A stretch of DNA of 64,000 nt, taken from positions 13,647,653 to 13,711,652 of the forward strand of contig NC_134028.1 in the NCBI RefSeq assembly GCF_964204645.1, in the 5' to 3' direction. Shown piece after piece: positions 1 through 13,836 of the stretch. Numbering within the stretch: the stretch's first letter is position 1; the number at the start of each line of letters is the position of its first letter. The position numbers were made by a program, and so were the translations under genes. The DNA is from Tubulanus polymorphus (Eukaryota; Animalia; Nemertea). Below the pieces are notes generated by a model. The model was not told the origin of the DNA, searched no databases, and saw only the letters and a list, made by a program, of their open reading frames with translations.

Positions 1-225
1 GTAAATTGCTACAAATATTATAAACTGTTCCACCTAAAATCTAAATTATTTCATATTTCTTTTGTTCATTACTTGGGGTATAATAATCTGATAATTAAGG
101 TTTATATACGATTATTATAAAAAACCTAAATTACCAGAAGATATGGAAAATATAAAAGAAACATTCACAAAAATATTAAGATATTATGTGGATAATAAAA
201 TAATAGATTCAATTAATTATCAGGT
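1..225. mobile_element. Scrambled Polinton fragments
   Basis: 1-95 resembles the reverse complement of about 40210-40315. 100-225 resembles the KPKLTEEDMENIK gene at about 37400-37520. Confidence 0.65.
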
Positions 226-269
226 ATAAAACATCCCTTTTCAAAGAATACCCATCACAAATTGCAACA

Positions 270-726
270 ATAAATGGCAAACCAGTGGGGAGCTACAGGA
301 CTCAGAATTCGGGCCAAAATTGACATTTTTGGGCATAAAAAGGTCATAGGACGGTCATCTTGAGTCCGATTGACCCAATTTTTGTTATGCTGATGGGCCC
401 TGAGGGGATTCTCATACATCCGAAAGATCAAGGTAATTGATCAAAGCGTCTTCAAAATTTCCCTCAAAAAGTTCAAAAATGTGTAAAAAGTGCTGATTTT
501 GGCGAACAACAATGGCTGCCAGTCGGCCATCTTGAATCTGACAGGGCCAGTTTTTGGGCTGAAGATGTGTCTAGGGTAGATACATGTGTAACCCAAATAT
601 CAAGACATTACATTGAAGCGTCATCAAAACTTCTCAAAATAACTGGATTCCGTCGGACGGACGGACGATGGACGAAAAGTGAACGCAATAGCCCGCTGGG
701 ACTGAAGTCCCAAGTGGGCTAAAAAC
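270..726 (+). mobile_element. Helentron-like non-autonomous element (HINE/pearl type)
   Basis: Internal GGCCATCTTG-type subrepeats, (GGAC)n microsatellite at about 654-673, 3' hairpin gccc..tgggact-gaagtccca..gggc followed by an A run. Confidence 0.55.
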
Positions 727-769
727 GAATAAATCACGTGAATATCCATAGGAGAAACAGAAAACCCTA

Positions 770-1120
770 ATTAATTCGTGAAATTAAAACCAAATCTTTA
801 TATGAAATATTTTAATCAGAATTTATAGCTGGAGTATTATATTCAATTGATTTATTATATTGAAAAGCTTTTTGAATATTATCTGTCATTTGAATAATAA
901 AAAATTGATAATTATTTAATTCTTTTAAAAATTCATCGTGTTCTTCAGTTGTAATATTCCCATTTAAGATAATTATGTAATCTAATTTCATTTTGAATTC
1001 ATTAATTTCTTTAATATTAGACTTATTCTCTTATTTATTACTTTAATTTTGAACTTATTCCAGTTAAAACACTTGAACTTAAACCTAAAACACCAATTGA
1101 TATAGCTTATGGTTTAACTC
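770..1120 (-). mobile_element. Polinton fragment (2-TM gene and start of the 462-aa gene)
   Basis: Diverged reverse-complement match to about 40560-40900. Confidence 0.7.
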
Positions 1121-1579
1121 AATGCTTTTATTCTGGTCCCACTCAATTCAAGTTGAGCGGAGTCTACTGTTATTATAATATTTTCTGTCCCTTGAATATT
1201 TGTATTTTGTAGAAACGTATGTGTATTTGTCCCATGTTTGTTAAGTCTTAATTATCGAGTTTTGCATGGAAAATTTAACGGAATAGATGAAAAATCTTGA
1301 CTTGGTTTATCGTTCGTAACAAGTATGATAAAATCATATCAGATAAAATTGCGTGCAGCTAGTGGGATTCGAAGCTAACTCAGTACACCACTTGGTCCGG
1401 CGGCATATCCGACTCCAGTTATTCCCGCGAGAAATCCGGTTACTATCTATAGTGAAAGTGGAAGTGAATGAATTCCGTGTTTTGGAAAATTCCGCGATTC
1501 CGTGACTCCGCGATATGGCGACACCAGTTATAAGATTGTGTTAGTTGTATAAGAATCACTAAGATAATGTTTATCTCAC

Positions 1580-1861
1580 CAGAAGGTAGTAGTTCATGGT
1601 TGATGATATCAAGAGTAACGTGTTTGCGTCCGATACTGACAAAACTGTCTGCCAGAAAAAGTAACCCGGGCATACCAAGGTAAATCAGGAATCCGGGGTC
1701 CTGGCTAAGACGTCCCACACCGTGAAGTGTAGTCAATATAAACATAGCGAACCATAACTTATGAGTTGTCCAGAATGCGTCAAATATGTATTTTCGTGCT
1801 GTATTTGTCGAGAAAATATATAACACATTCACCATGATACACAATAAAACTCCGGTAAACC
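1580..1861 (-). CDS. Duox: Duox/NOX exon: transmembrane helices with the second heme His pair, leading into the FAD-binding domain
   Basis: Translates GFTGVLL...FWTTHKLW...TLHG...HELLPSG. Acceptor ttttcag at 1862, donor G|gtgag at 1579. Phase matches the exon at 16509-16558. Confidence 0.85.
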
Positions 1862-2040
1862 CTGAAAATACAGACATTAAAAAAAGAAAATTACAATGAA
1901 TATGTGAAGGAAAATGTAGCTGCTAACCATAGATGACTTTTTTACTAGCATCACTGTTGGTATGTAAACTGTCGCAGGAAATTATTGAAATGAAGAATTT
2001 TTTCATCGTCGGGGATTCGAACCTAATACGATATTAAACG

Positions 2041-2509
2041 AGTAATTGGAAAAAGTTGGTTTTCAGATCAAAGGTCGAGAGGTCGGCACATCACTCATTA
2101 CCACTCGTTATCTTTTCCCCTAATAAATGGGACAGTGAACACCAAATAGAAAAAAATGATGTTAATAAAAATTAACATTATTGTCCATATCGTAAAAAAT
2201 ACATCGATAAATCACAAAAATCTCGACATGAAAAAACTGCAAATCATTTAAAAAAATGTTATAGATTTTGAGACACCAGAAAATTCCAATGAAAGAAAAG
2301 TACAATTAGAAAATACGAAAAAAGATGAAATTAAATGTGATGTTTGTAACGAATTTATAAGTAAAAGGAATTATAAAAGACACCTTGAATCACAAAAACA
2401 CCAACAAAATTTAAGTACAAATATTTTAGGAACAGAATATTTTGAAGATAAATTCCAAGTAAAAAAATCTAAAAGCAGATTCAAAACTGAAATATATTTC
2501 AAACAAACC
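2041..2509 (+). mobile_element. Polinton left end of a related subfamily (TIR plus start of pPolB zinc-finger region)
   Basis: Starts AGTAATTGGAAAA, then cctaataaATG and sequence matching RHEKTANH...FETPENSNERK at about 32176-32560. Confidence 0.85.
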
Positions 2510-3652
2510 AGTAATTGGAAAATGACGTTTTCAGGTCAGAGGTCGAGAGGTCGGCACTCATCGCCACTTAATTTTTCCCCTAATTAATGGGAGACAGAAA
2601 AGTATTCTTAGCCTCAATAAATAACAAAATAAAACCGGCAAAACACATGAAATAAGAAAATTAGTTGATCTTACACAAGAAATTGAACATGAAATATTAA
2701 AATTAGAAAGGATAAAAACTAAATATGGAGAAAAAATATCAGCAAATTTGATTAATTGTAATGTAAGTACAACACGAGAATTTAAAGCATTTTACCTCAT
2801 AAATGGGTTTCATTGAATGAAGAGGAATTCAAAGATTTAGAAGGAGTTAAGATAATGATAATGTATCATGGGAAAAATGAAGACGGTCATCATGATTAAG
2901 AAATTGAATAAAAAATAAGAAATAAAAATAATAAAATAATATAGAAATTCATCAAATATCAAGAATCCGATATGACTTAGCTGGACAATTGAAATGCTCC
3001 GCATAGATAGACAAAAGTAGTGAGATATTTAATTAATTAAACATAGAAAAATTAAAAAATTAAATAATTTTTTTTGTTTTTTCTAAAATATTAATCCATT
3101 TTCTTTATAGTGAATTTTGAAATTTGAGTAGTTTTTTTTTGGTTAGCAAGTAGAAGTTTCAGAATTATTAACAACATAAATTTTATTCGATTTTTATACC
3201 AAATACATCCAATCATAATGAATACAATTACAAGACCAGTTGAATAATAAAAATATTCATTAAATAATTTAGGAGTAGAAATAACATTACTATCATCTTT
3301 CTTATCAACATTTTCGTAATCTTTTTTTCTTTTTTAGCTTTTTTCAATTCTTTTGATTTAATTCCCAATTGCCGAGAACATTCAATTTGTTTCTGTGTTC
3401 TTGGTTTTTTCTTCACGGTTAATTCTTTCACTTCGCTCATTTATTATAGAAAAAATTTTTACTTTCAATATTTAAAAATGTTAGAACTCCAGTTGGTAAT
3501 AATGTCATAAATCCGCCTAATTGAAATGATAGATATCCAATCCATATAATTAATTCAGTCATAACTAAACAATCATTTTTTGAATCGGAATATAATTTAT
3601 TTTCATCTTCATTCGGGAGTTTGTAATTACATAACTTACCATAACCTTTTAA
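2510..3652 (-). mobile_element. Polinton right end in inverted orientation
   Basis: Second AGTAATTGGAAAA terminus at 2510, followed by homologs of 48389-47950 (MGDRK gene) and 47888-47310 (MSEVKE...KKKPR gene). Confidence 0.85.
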
Positions 3653-3654
3653 AA

Positions 3655-4350
3655 TAAGTAAGGAGACGAGTAGTACTGTATAGGTGAACTATTTGTTTGA
3701 CGCACGAGCTTTCGCTTCTAATGAATAGAAATTTCATCAGGTGAATGTGTATAGTCAATGGAAAAACAACAGTATACATAGGTAGACTGACACTAATTAC
3801 AGAGAACTGAGTGAGAAGAGTAATTACAAATAAATGATGAGTGAGTGATAATTAATTAATTAAGGAATAACAAACGAAAACTAATCAAAGAGAAATAAAT
3901 CAAAATGAAACTATATCAAAGTAAAATAAACAGATGGTATCTAAGAGCAAGGAATAACAAGAAATGGTAGTCTGAGATAAGTCCAGATACAACGAATAAC
4001 AAACGAAATTACGTTCTGTAGTGGGACATGAATCCTATATCGCAATTGAGGCCAAGATTAACAGTATCACCGCGTTGAATAAGTTTTTGTTCCATGATTT
4101 CGCGCGAATGCTTATAAGAAGTGTTCATTTTATGTAACGCGGTCACTTTAAGGTTACTGATGGTGTGGTTCGGAAGATTGAAATGTTCGCCGATAGGTTT
4201 ATCCATTTTCTTGTGTCTGATATCAAATTTGTGACCGTTCAAGCGTTGACGTAATGTTTGTCCAGTTTCTCCGATGTAGATGGTTCCAGGGCAGATATCG
4301 CATGTGATGGCATAAACAACGATGAAGTCGCATGTGTAGGGTCCAGTGAC
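3655..4350 (-). mobile_element. Penelope-like retroelement 3' fragment (GIY-YIG endonuclease plus UTR)
   Basis: YIGETGQTLRQRLNGHKFDIR...PIGEHFNLPNH...GLN, the typical PLE GIY-YIG C-terminus. A hammerhead motif lies downstream. Confidence 0.85.
3703..3743 (-). ncRNA. Minimal type I hammerhead ribozyme (Penelope-associated)
   Basis: Minus strand reads CAC-CTGATGA-aatttcta-ttcat-tagaagc-GAAA-GC-TC-GTG. The base of stem II is mismatched. Confidence 0.7.
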
Positions 4351-4354
4351 TTTG

Positions 4355-5370
4355 AGTTGTTGATAATTTAATATTATAATTAATATTTAATTGCGCATCA
4401 GAAAGAATATAAATATGCATTTTATAATTGAGGCCTCCTTTTTTCATGAATTATTGTATTCCATCTTCTGTATTTTGTAATTTTTTACCAGAACCATGTA
4501 ACGAGTTATCTTCAGTTGTTCTAAAATCGAACCATAATACAAATTTATTACCAGTATAATAATCAATTTGATTAATATTACAATCGTCAGATGATTCTAT
4601 ATTTTCATTCATAAAATGTTTTTAATTTCTATGCATTGATCTATCATTCTCATTCCTTGGCTAAATATTTCATTTGCTATGCCTTCAATTGTAATTACTA
4701 CTTTTGATATTTCAGGATTATAATATTTGTCAATTTTAATTAAACTATTAGAATATATTGTGGTAACAATATTAATATACCTTTAATAGATCTTCTAGGA
4801 AATTGATATTTTCATTAATTATTTCATCAGCTGCATTAATAGTTACATTTTTAAATTTATCAATATAATCATATAATAATGAAAATCCTTGATTGTATCG
4901 AGTTTGAATTGTACCCGCAATATTTTCATCAGTTACTGTATCATATTCTAAACATATATTTGATGATTTCTAATCTACATCTGTAATTACACTCGATAAT
5001 ACTATTTCATTTACAGGCGCGAAAGTTATTTCAAATATTAAATTTTCTTGAATTGCGTATTTATATTAAGGAGCATTACTATTTAATTATTCAAAATCTA
5101 TTGGAATTTTATTTTTACTACCGTAAATCGTTTTCTGATTAAATTGTCTGCGTCATTAGTTTTTATAGCGCTTTTAGCTCGTGATCTCAATAAATTTTGG
5201 TTTTCTGATTAGATGCCTTGAAATATGACATTATTTCTATTTTCTTTAGTTAATAAATCTTTTCAATTCGCAGAAAAACTATAAATCATCTAATGCAAAA
5301 TCAGTTTCCAGTCCAATCTTTATTGTTAATTTTTGTATCAAATATCTACCAACATTATCTAAAACATTAT
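4355..5370 (-). pseudogene. Decayed Polinton major capsid gene fragment
   Basis: Reverse-complement homolog of about 43890-44900 (LHGSGK, MHIYILSDAQLNI) with frameshifts. Confidence 0.8.
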
Positions 5371-5548
5371 CGAGTACATAAGGGAAAACCCATACTTAAT
5401 TCCCGTATGACGGCACTTAGTCAGTTGCTAGATTTATTTACGGACCCGAAGTAATCGCGAATAGTTTAGTAATTTTAGTAACCGTTAATACGTACTGTTC
5501 GTTGAAAATTGATAAATTATTTCTAATGATTAAATAATTCTTTTAATA

Positions 5549-6885
5549 ATAAGGGTTTCTGCTGCCTCGGCAGAAACCCTATTGGATTCCTGCTGATTAT
5601 TATTTTAACATATTTTACAAAGAGTTTCGTCACAAAAAAATCATCTTCTATTAGATTTGACTACTAAAAACTTTGAAACGAAATGTTAAACTCTGATAAT
5701 AATATAACAGTCTCTTGCTGCGCGTAGTTTCTATGGATGTACTGTGCTTCCTATTTCAAACTTGAAGTTACTTAAAGATAACACCGGTGGAAATAGCAAT
5801 CATCAATCATGGCGCGCATACTGGCGCGAATCTGAAAGTTTGTGACGTCATTTCATTAATAAATAAAGAAGGAAGGCTCCGAGAATATCCAAATCACAGA
5901 TTACTGTGAATAACTGGGGTTCGACCATTCATAAATTAAAAATGTACTTCTTTGTGAAGTAAGTTTATTCATACTGTAATTAAAAGCAGTTCATTTCAAA
6001 CATTCTATAGTAGTATAGTTTTGTTCGTGGATATCAATACTTCGAAAAATCAACAGCGGTTTATTTATTTATTGTACCGGTACGCGTTTTCTTAATTGAA
6101 TTGGTCCGGTCCAAAAGGCAGGTCATACTAGTTAGCTTCAAAAATGTCAGCGTCGGTGATACCTTGTTATCGTAGATATTAAACGGTCTAAAGTCAGTTA
6201 ATACATCACATACATTTCAAATTGGAGGTCCCTTGTACATGTGCATCACATCGTGACGCAGCAGCGATGGTAATGTTATAGAAGAACAAAGTGAGTTGAA
6301 AATACCTACCCACTGCACCGATAAAGAATGATTGCTAGCCAGAGACCAGTGACAGTCAGTTATGGGGAGTGATGGTACCGTTCGTGATTATGTTTTTATA
6401 ATGGTTATTGGACGTCAATTTCATATGTGAATTGTAGTCCCCATCTGATCGCTTGACTTGTCAGACTGACTTGTCACTCCTCTACTAATAGTAACACGCC
6501 TTCCCTCCTGCATAGTTTACCCTATAGGCCAAATTTGTGCTTTGGGCCAAATTCGGTTTTCTTATCTAGTCAACTTTTTTCGGAACTAATAATAACCGAA
6601 TATGCGCTAAAACTGTCACTAGGGAATGGTAAAAACACAATAGCTTCGTTCTTCTCGATCTTATTTCCCCCAAAACCCGGCATATTAGTACTTTGCGCGT
6701 AATAGCACATGCTCGTAGTAGCACATGTGGGTCAACATATCCAAGTTGTGAGTTGACCCCTAGTGGCACTCTTCCAAAAAAACAGAATGTAACGAACTGA
6801 TTTCGGGTGAAATCTTTGCTCGCATCCCTGAACGATATTCTATCCAGAAAGGCAGAAACCCGTTATCGCTGCTCGCAGCTATATT
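5549..6885 (-). mobile_element. Non-autonomous Helentron-like repeat, family A copy 1
   Basis: Near-identical to 54207-55607 and 22392-23487. 5' aatatagctgc..gcagcgataacgggtttctgc; 3' hairpin agggtttctgc-cgaggca-gcagaaaccct. Confidence 0.7.
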
Positions 6886-7236
6886 TTATCTTGTTCTTCA
6901 ATTGTAATATTTCCATTTAAATTAATTATATAACCTAATGTATTTTCTAATTTCTTTTATATCAGATTTATTATTATCTTTATTACTTTTTATATTTGAA
7001 TTTGAGCTTATGCCAGTTTATACACTTGAACTTAAACCTAAAACCCAATTGATATAGCTTAATAGTGTTAATGGACTTAATATTGCTAGAAATGTTATTA
7101 CAGAACTTATTTTAACTGATCCATTTATAAATAATTTTCTATTTATATATTTTCTCTTTTTAACTTTTAAATCATTTTCAAATTCGAATATTAGAAATTT
7201 ATAAACAACAAATAACACAACACCTAAAATCCAAAT
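6886..7236 (-). mobile_element. Polinton fragment (small membrane-protein genes)
   Basis: IWILGV..VYKF and GSVKISSVITFLAILSPLT match about 40260-40750. Confidence 0.75.
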
Positions 7237-8340
7237 TATTAGGGTTTTCTGTTTCTTCACAGAAAACCCTATTGAGATTCGCGTGATTATTAATATTTTT
7301 AAATCCCTCTTCCACACAGTTTTTGTTAAAAGTGCAAAGGCTTCCTTACCTTACCGCTGTTGCCGATACTATCCGTGTGACATCCTTCAGCACACTTCAA
7401 TCTCCATATACTACATGGGAATTTTGATAAATCCACGTTATAGTGGCACTGTCGAGCCGTAAACATCGGAAATTTGGCCCCGTTCAATTAGTAGCCAGGT
7501 TGTGCTTTCTTTCCGACATTTCTCTCTTCTTTTTGAAGAAGAGCTATTGAATTATTCCCTCTCTTCTCCACAATCAATTTCAAAGTCAATTTTATGAATT
7601 TATTGCTCAGCGGGTCCGAGTCAAAGAGTTTACGAGTCCGACAGGTTTACGGGCATTTGTTCGTGACACCTTATATTATTGATTTCTTGTTATTCCAGTT
7701 ATTTCATTTAAGTATATTGCTGATCTGTTCATGTAACCAAAAGCGTCAATAGATAAATTTTGAATTGATCAAGTTTAAATCTAGGTCGTTGAGTCGCGGG
7801 TGGCTACTAGAATTACGTTCGACTCAGAGAGAAACCAAACGACAGATAAGTATCAGGTGATTACGATAGCCTACTACGGAACACACAGTTGACAAACAGT
7901 GTTAGGCCTGCACCGGTTGGTGCATATTGGGACTAAAATGTACTGGTAGGTCAGTTGGTTCGGTTATGAATTTTGGTGGAATCTAAAAAGCCTACCGGTA
8001 TCTATTTGTCTGACTATAGGCCTATTATATAGTAGCCATACCATTTCAAGTACGAAGTTGTTATCCGTACGTGACTGTACGGTAATCTCCACAGATTAAC
8101 CATACGTGAGTTCCCTACAAACGCCATACGTGAGTTCCTATAATGTACATACGCGCATACGTGAAAGAATAGGGTTAGGTGAGGCTATTTGTAAATCAAC
8201 TTTCATCCACTCTGCAGTTACGTTCTGGGGCTCAGTGGGTAAATCACTGGACTACTGCTGGAATTTCTTTTTTCGTTTGGTTGTGAATCCTAATATTGCA
8301 AGTCAGAGCGTCAATGTACTCATATACGGCCTGTGGAACA
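7237..8340 (-). mobile_element. Non-autonomous repeat, family B copy 1
   Basis: Reverse-complement match to 19760-20600 plus 21785-22392. Terminal hairpin agggttttctg..cagaaaaccct. Confidence 0.65.
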
Positions 8341-8672
8341 ACAAGGATATCCTTTTCGTTTACTGCCAAATCAATCAAAATTGGTCTCGCTCAAGGCCTC
8401 TTTCTCCGTGCACTACGGATCTGCGATGAAACCTTCCTTTCGGCTGAATTTGACCATATATCCAACTCTCTTAGAAAATTAAACGAACTTACCTGTAAGT
8501 GAAGTTTGGTTGAGATTCTATCGAATCAGTAATGGGGAACGAAGGAATCACATGAGATAGCACATGTGGTATCGCCAGTCAGTCTTTAAATAGCTTTGAG
8601 TGGTCAAGAAATATTGGGCCGGGAAACACATAAAACTGTACAGTAATTGTCAAATTTTTCGTAAGCAGTGGG

Positions 8673-8800
8673 CATGTGATTCCTTCGTTTCCCATTACTG
8701 ATTCGATAGAATCTCAATCAAACTTCACTTACAGGTAAGTTCGTTTAATTTCCTAATTCTATCTCACCAGTAATTAGGTCACTACAGAATCCCATGAGAT
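8673..8800 (+). repeat. DIRS internal complementary region (ICR)
   Basis: First part is complementary to 8481-8554 and second part to 13155-13198, reproducing the circular junction. Confidence 0.9.
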
Positions 8801-8869
8801 TTCAAAGCCTTGATCACGAGAAGCCAGATATGAGACTTTGTGTCACAAAGAAGACAACCACCTTAATTT

Positions 8870-8978
<109 letters not shown>

Positions 8979-9009
8979 ATATGCAGCAGATATATTTAGC
9001 CTATAATAA

Positions 9010-10118
9010 CTACATAATTAACAGTAGGGAATCACTTAATACAAATTTGCTCTCAACGTCTTTATCATAGAATCTAGCGAAAGTTTTTTCATTCTGCCAG
9101 CCAATACTATTAAGTATGCTATCAACGGGAATTCCCGCCAATTTAAGACCAGAGCCAACCGCAGCTCTAGTCGAGTGCGCGCCAAAAACCGACACATCAA
9201 TATTTGCATCCTCGAGAACACGCCTGACCCATCTGGAAACGGTTTGAGTAGTAACAGATCCATGCGGTTTTATGAAGCTAATCAACAGCTGTACAGAGCA
9301 ATCCCGGAAGTCTCTGGTCAGATTTATGTATCGTCTTAAATGAGAACAAAAACACAAATTCTTATCAGCGTACGTATTGAATGTAAGATGCGATTTATGA
9401 CGTCCTGGTTTTGACGTCTTTTGTAGTGAACTTATAAAAAACACATATAAAAAACACATCTGTTTTCGCAAAAAGTTAAGTCTTTGATCTTCAAAGATTG
9501 AATAGTACTAACTCTCTGCCTTGATAAAATCGCCAACAAAAATGTTAGTTTCAAAGTAAGTGGCTCCAGAGTCAGTGAGTCTAAATCCAGTGATTTTAAA
9601 TATACCAAAACGGGTCTAATGTCCCACGTAGTTACATATCTCGGCAACGAAGGTCGCAAATTAAATACACCCTTCAGAAACCGAGAAACGAGAGGATGAT
9701 TACCGATTGTACAGTGCCCTTCTAGAATTATAATTGACGAGAGTGCACTCCTCGCAGTATTAATAGCACTATAACCAATGTTACTTTCATATAACTCAGT
9801 CAAAAATTCTAATACATCACTGATATTGGGTTGAAACGTATCGACACTCCGTCTAGCACAATATTTCTCCCACTTCCGAAAATAGGTCTCGTATTGTTTC
9901 TTTGTACCTGCCCGCCATAAATGCAGTATAATTTCAGCTGATTTTCTAGAAATGTTTTTCGCTTGCAATGCATTCCTGACACAATGCATACCAGATGGCT
10001 CAATTTTGTTGCTAGAGGACGGACCATTTCCGAATCTTGCGGCATTATTAATAGTCTCATGTTGGCCCGAAGAATCACCGGTTCCGCACATAACAGTCTC
10101 AACAGAGTAGGGTACCAA
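9010..10118 (-). pseudogene. DIRS tyrosine recombinase (frameshift near 9450)
   Basis: YSAINTARSALS...HPLVSRFLKG...PRY..TWD; catalytic AHSTRAA and TFARFY motifs. Confidence 0.9.
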
Positions 10119-10360
10119 GCCTGCGTCGGCCAGTCCGGTACAATTAACATCGAGGTTGCTTGATCCTCTGAAACTTTCTGTAGTACTCTGGGGATTAGGC
10201 TGAAAGGAGGGAAAATATACGAATATTTATACAGTGACCAGTCCAGCATAAAAGCATCAATAGCCACTGCCTCCGGGTCAGGCTTCCAGGCAACGTAGCT
10301 GGGCAATTTACGATTCAGTCTCGTTGCAAATAAATCAATATCTAATTTAATTTCTGACAG
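9809..10360 (-). CDS. DIRS DNA adenine-methyltransferase-like domain
   Basis: IDLFATRLN...YVAWKPDP...DAFMLDW...YIFPPFSLI...VPDWPTQAWY. Overlaps the YR ORF, as is typical for DIRS. Confidence 0.85.
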   Translation of the reverse strand: MSEIKLDIDLFATRLNRKLPSYVAWKPDPEAVAIDAFMLDWSLYKYSYIFPPFSLIPRVLQKVSEDQATSMLIVPDWPTQAWYPTLLRLLCAEPVILRANMRLLIMPQDSEMVRPLATKLSHLVCIVSGMHCKRKTFLENQLKLYCIYGGQVQRNNTRPIFGSGRNIVLDGVSIRFNPISVMY

Positions 10361-10366
10361 TTTCTC

Positions 10367-11880
10367 TCATATCTGTTCAAGCACTTTGGGGTTAAGAGCC
10401 CGTTCTATCTCTAATTTAAACACCCTGAATTCTCTGTCAGCACATATATTTTCAATTCCAGGTACATGTGATGCACTCAACCATACATTATTAGCTATGG
10501 CCCTTGACCATATTCTCTTAGCTACTTCATTACATTTTAAAGAATGTGAGCCACCCATCTCTCTAATATAGGACACAGCAGTGGTATTGTCGACCATAAG
10601 CCTAATGTGCTTGCCTTTTTTATTTCGACACAGGGCCATTAACGCCAATTCAGCAGCTTTCATCTCTAAAGCGTTAATATGCAGCAGCTGCTCTGCTGAT
10701 TTCCAGATACCACCGCCCGACAGATTCAGGTCAGGTGATGAGTAACCGAACCCTGTATTCGAGGCATCAGAATAAACAGTCAGATCAGGTTTTCCGTGTG
10801 AAATCAGTTTTCTACTCTGACCAACAAAAGCCACCCACCAGTGTAGGTCAGCCATCGAATCTTCAGATAGTTGCATAGTGCAATCAAAATCACCACAGTG
10901 CCGTTTCAGGGCAATGGTTTTATCATGTTCAATACTTCGATAATGTAAAGGGCCGTATTCTACCCCAGGAAATGACGAGACCATCAAGCCTATAACCTCT
11001 GCCACATGTCTTATTTTAGGGTTTTTTGTGTCAATTAGTTGTTGGCAAGATAATTTAACCCTATCTGCTTTCTTCACTGTCAGTGAAACTGACATATAGA
11101 CAGAATCAAGCATGAATCCAATAAATTCACGCTGCCGGGCTGGCAGCAGTGCAGATTTTTCAGGGTCTGGATGTATTACAAATCCCAGGTCCGTCATTAG
11201 CGGTGCTGATGTTTTAACATTACTAGCGCAATCAGGAAGATTATTTCCCTGCATATATATATATCATCTAAATATGCAACAGATTGCTTCCCCTCCGCCC
11301 TCAACAAAGAGAGAGCAGGCTTCAAGCATTTTGTAAATGCCCTAGGGCACGGACTTAACCCATTAGGGAAGCAGGTATACTTGTAAAGTTGACCATTAAA
11401 ATAAAATTTCAAAAATTTTTGGTGCTCCACGGCTATAGGGATGCTATAATAAGCATCTTTTAAATCCATCGTTGCCATGTAACACCCTGGAGTCATCATT
11501 TCAGTAACAGTTTTAAGTGTATCCATCTTGAAGTGATGGTACCGAATATACGTATTAAGTTTTGAGAGGTTCAAAATAACTCTATATGACCCATCCTTCT
11601 TAGGCCTCACAAAAATTGACGATATAAATTCGCCCTCTTCATTAGTACATTTCGAAATGACCTGTTTCTTTGTTAATTTCAAAATTTCAGCTTCAATAGC
11701 TAAATTTTCTGCTGTGGAAAACTTTATTTTTGGGAACAAAATTCTGAACAGGCTTTTCTATAAAATCAATTCTGTAGCCTCATCGTTCCCAGTATTTCCT
11801 GATCACTGGTTATTTGCTCCCATCTTTCAGATTTGAATCGGACTTGTCCTGCAATAAAATGTTCCACCTGCCATATGGCT
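10367..11880 (-). pseudogene. DIRS reverse transcriptase-RNase H (frameshifted)
   Basis: IFVRPKKDGSYRVILNL, DLKDAYY, PNGLS, YLDD; RNase H SDASNTGFG, HINALE, VDNTTA. Confidence 0.92.
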
Positions 11881-12024
11881 GAATCAATTGTACTTTTAAT
11901 AAATCGGGTATATTCCCCAAAATCAAAGCTAAAATAGTCATTATTTTTAACTATCATAAGCAAGTTATCAGCAGAACAACTTACCTGTGGTAAGCTGTCT
12001 GATGGTTCTATTTTCCTGATTTCT

Positions 12025-12950
12025 TTATGAATTTTTTCTTGTTTGGATTGAATCCGTTCCGCTGGTAGCTGAAGTTGCGGTTCCGTTTCCAGCCGTTTTT
12101 GGCTGGCGTTTGTACTTTTTTCTATCATTAAAGGCCTGATAGCCTACGTCATCGGTTTGTTTAGCTTCTCGCATTGCTTTTGATACGTCGTCACCAAACA
12201 GCCATTTAGAAACCGGGACATTGTCTTTGCAGAGACCCCAATATTTGGGTTTTAATCCTGGCTTGATCGATTCCCGCCGGCGCATTGACAACTCATGTGA
12301 TGCATGGCCCAGTAATGCAAGAGCATTAATTGATGTTCTCAACATTACATCGACTTCGTCTCTCGAGAATATCCCGCCATTTCGTTTGGCCGTGGCCCCT
12401 TTCATTACTGCAGACTGGGTATTGGCGAGTTTTAAGTCATGCGTTTTAGCAGCGGCCCCTATTTTGGGCCAAATTTCCGTATTAACCCGAGGCGTGGTTA
12501 ATGCCTCGCAATTTTTGGGTACCGGGTAGGTCTTTTCCTTGGCCCTCATCATTTCAATGTTCAGGGCTTTAGAGAACCTTTTCTCTATAATTTCTGTTAA
12601 CCCTTTGTCCATTTCTGGCCCAGGGGTTTCATCGTTTAACTCCATATCGAGGAGTTTAAGTTTAGACTCTGAGTCCGAGGGGTTTTCCTCTCCGTCCCCT
12701 CCATTTTCATCTTTTTGAGATGACAATAATAAGTCGACATCGTCGTCCCCGTTATCGGACGACATTTCAACCTCGGCCTCACTCTCATCATGGTAAGAAT
12801 CTGACATGCCATGGCATGTCTTTTGCCTTTTCTTTGGGGTTTGATTGACAGCCTTGGTCATCTGTTGCCAAGTGTCCCCCATCTTTGTCATTGCTGTCGC
12901 GAGGGCCCAAAAGGGCATTCTCGTCATCAGATAATAGCCTTTTTTCAGCC
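12025..12950 (-). CDS. DIRS gag-like ORF1
   Basis: YPVPKNC...PRVNTEIW...D.KL...Q...LLGHA..ELSMRRR...WLFGDD, located upstream of RT. Confidence 0.8.
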
Positions 12951-13836
12951 ATTATTCGTAGATCAGTAAATATATATCCAAGTACAACAGTTAATAACAG
13001 TAATCCAACAACAGTCGAAGAACTTAAATCCAATAGCTATTAAAAATCCAGTAACACACAAACACACAAGAACAGTTCCAGCAAACTGTGAGAAGAAACG
13101 ACTGATCTCCAGCGAAGCCAAATGCACACTGACTGGCGATACCACATGTGCTATCTCATGGGATTCTGTAGTGACCTAATTACTGGTGAGATAGAATTGG
13201 CTTACCCTGATCACATTTTGAAAATCGCTATTTCTAAGGCTAAACGTACTTTCTTCAATTCTAAACCTCCAGAAAATGAAAAACACATTTCAGAGTTCAT
13301 TGTAGTTCCGTATGTACCTGTTTTGGAAAAGTTTCGTCACTCTCTCCCTTTATTGGATAAACAAATCATTTTCACGTATGAAAACAAAATTAGTAAGACT
13401 TTGGTTAATCTAAACCTTTGGACTGCGGAGTTTACAAAATTCCTTGTTTTGGCTGTGATAAAATTTACTTTGGAGAAACTGGTCGTGATTTAAAAACTCG
13501 AATTTCGGAACACAAAAAGGATATAATAAATCAAAAACCGGTTAGTGGCGTAGCCAATCACGTTTGGAACACTGGTCATCGTTTTAATTTTGATAAAGCC
13601 GAAATTATTTATACTTCCAGCAATTACACTAAACGCCACATAGTTGAGTCTGCCCTAATTACTCGTCACTCAGATATTAGTACCAATTTAAATAATGGCT
13701 TTTCCCTGCAAAATTCCCTTCTTTCTAAGTATATTACTTCATGCCTTGCCAAACACTAATTATTTACTCACTCACCAATTTACTCAATTAACCTGTCCTC
13801 CTCTGAATATATACCCCTGTTTTTAGTCTATTTCTC

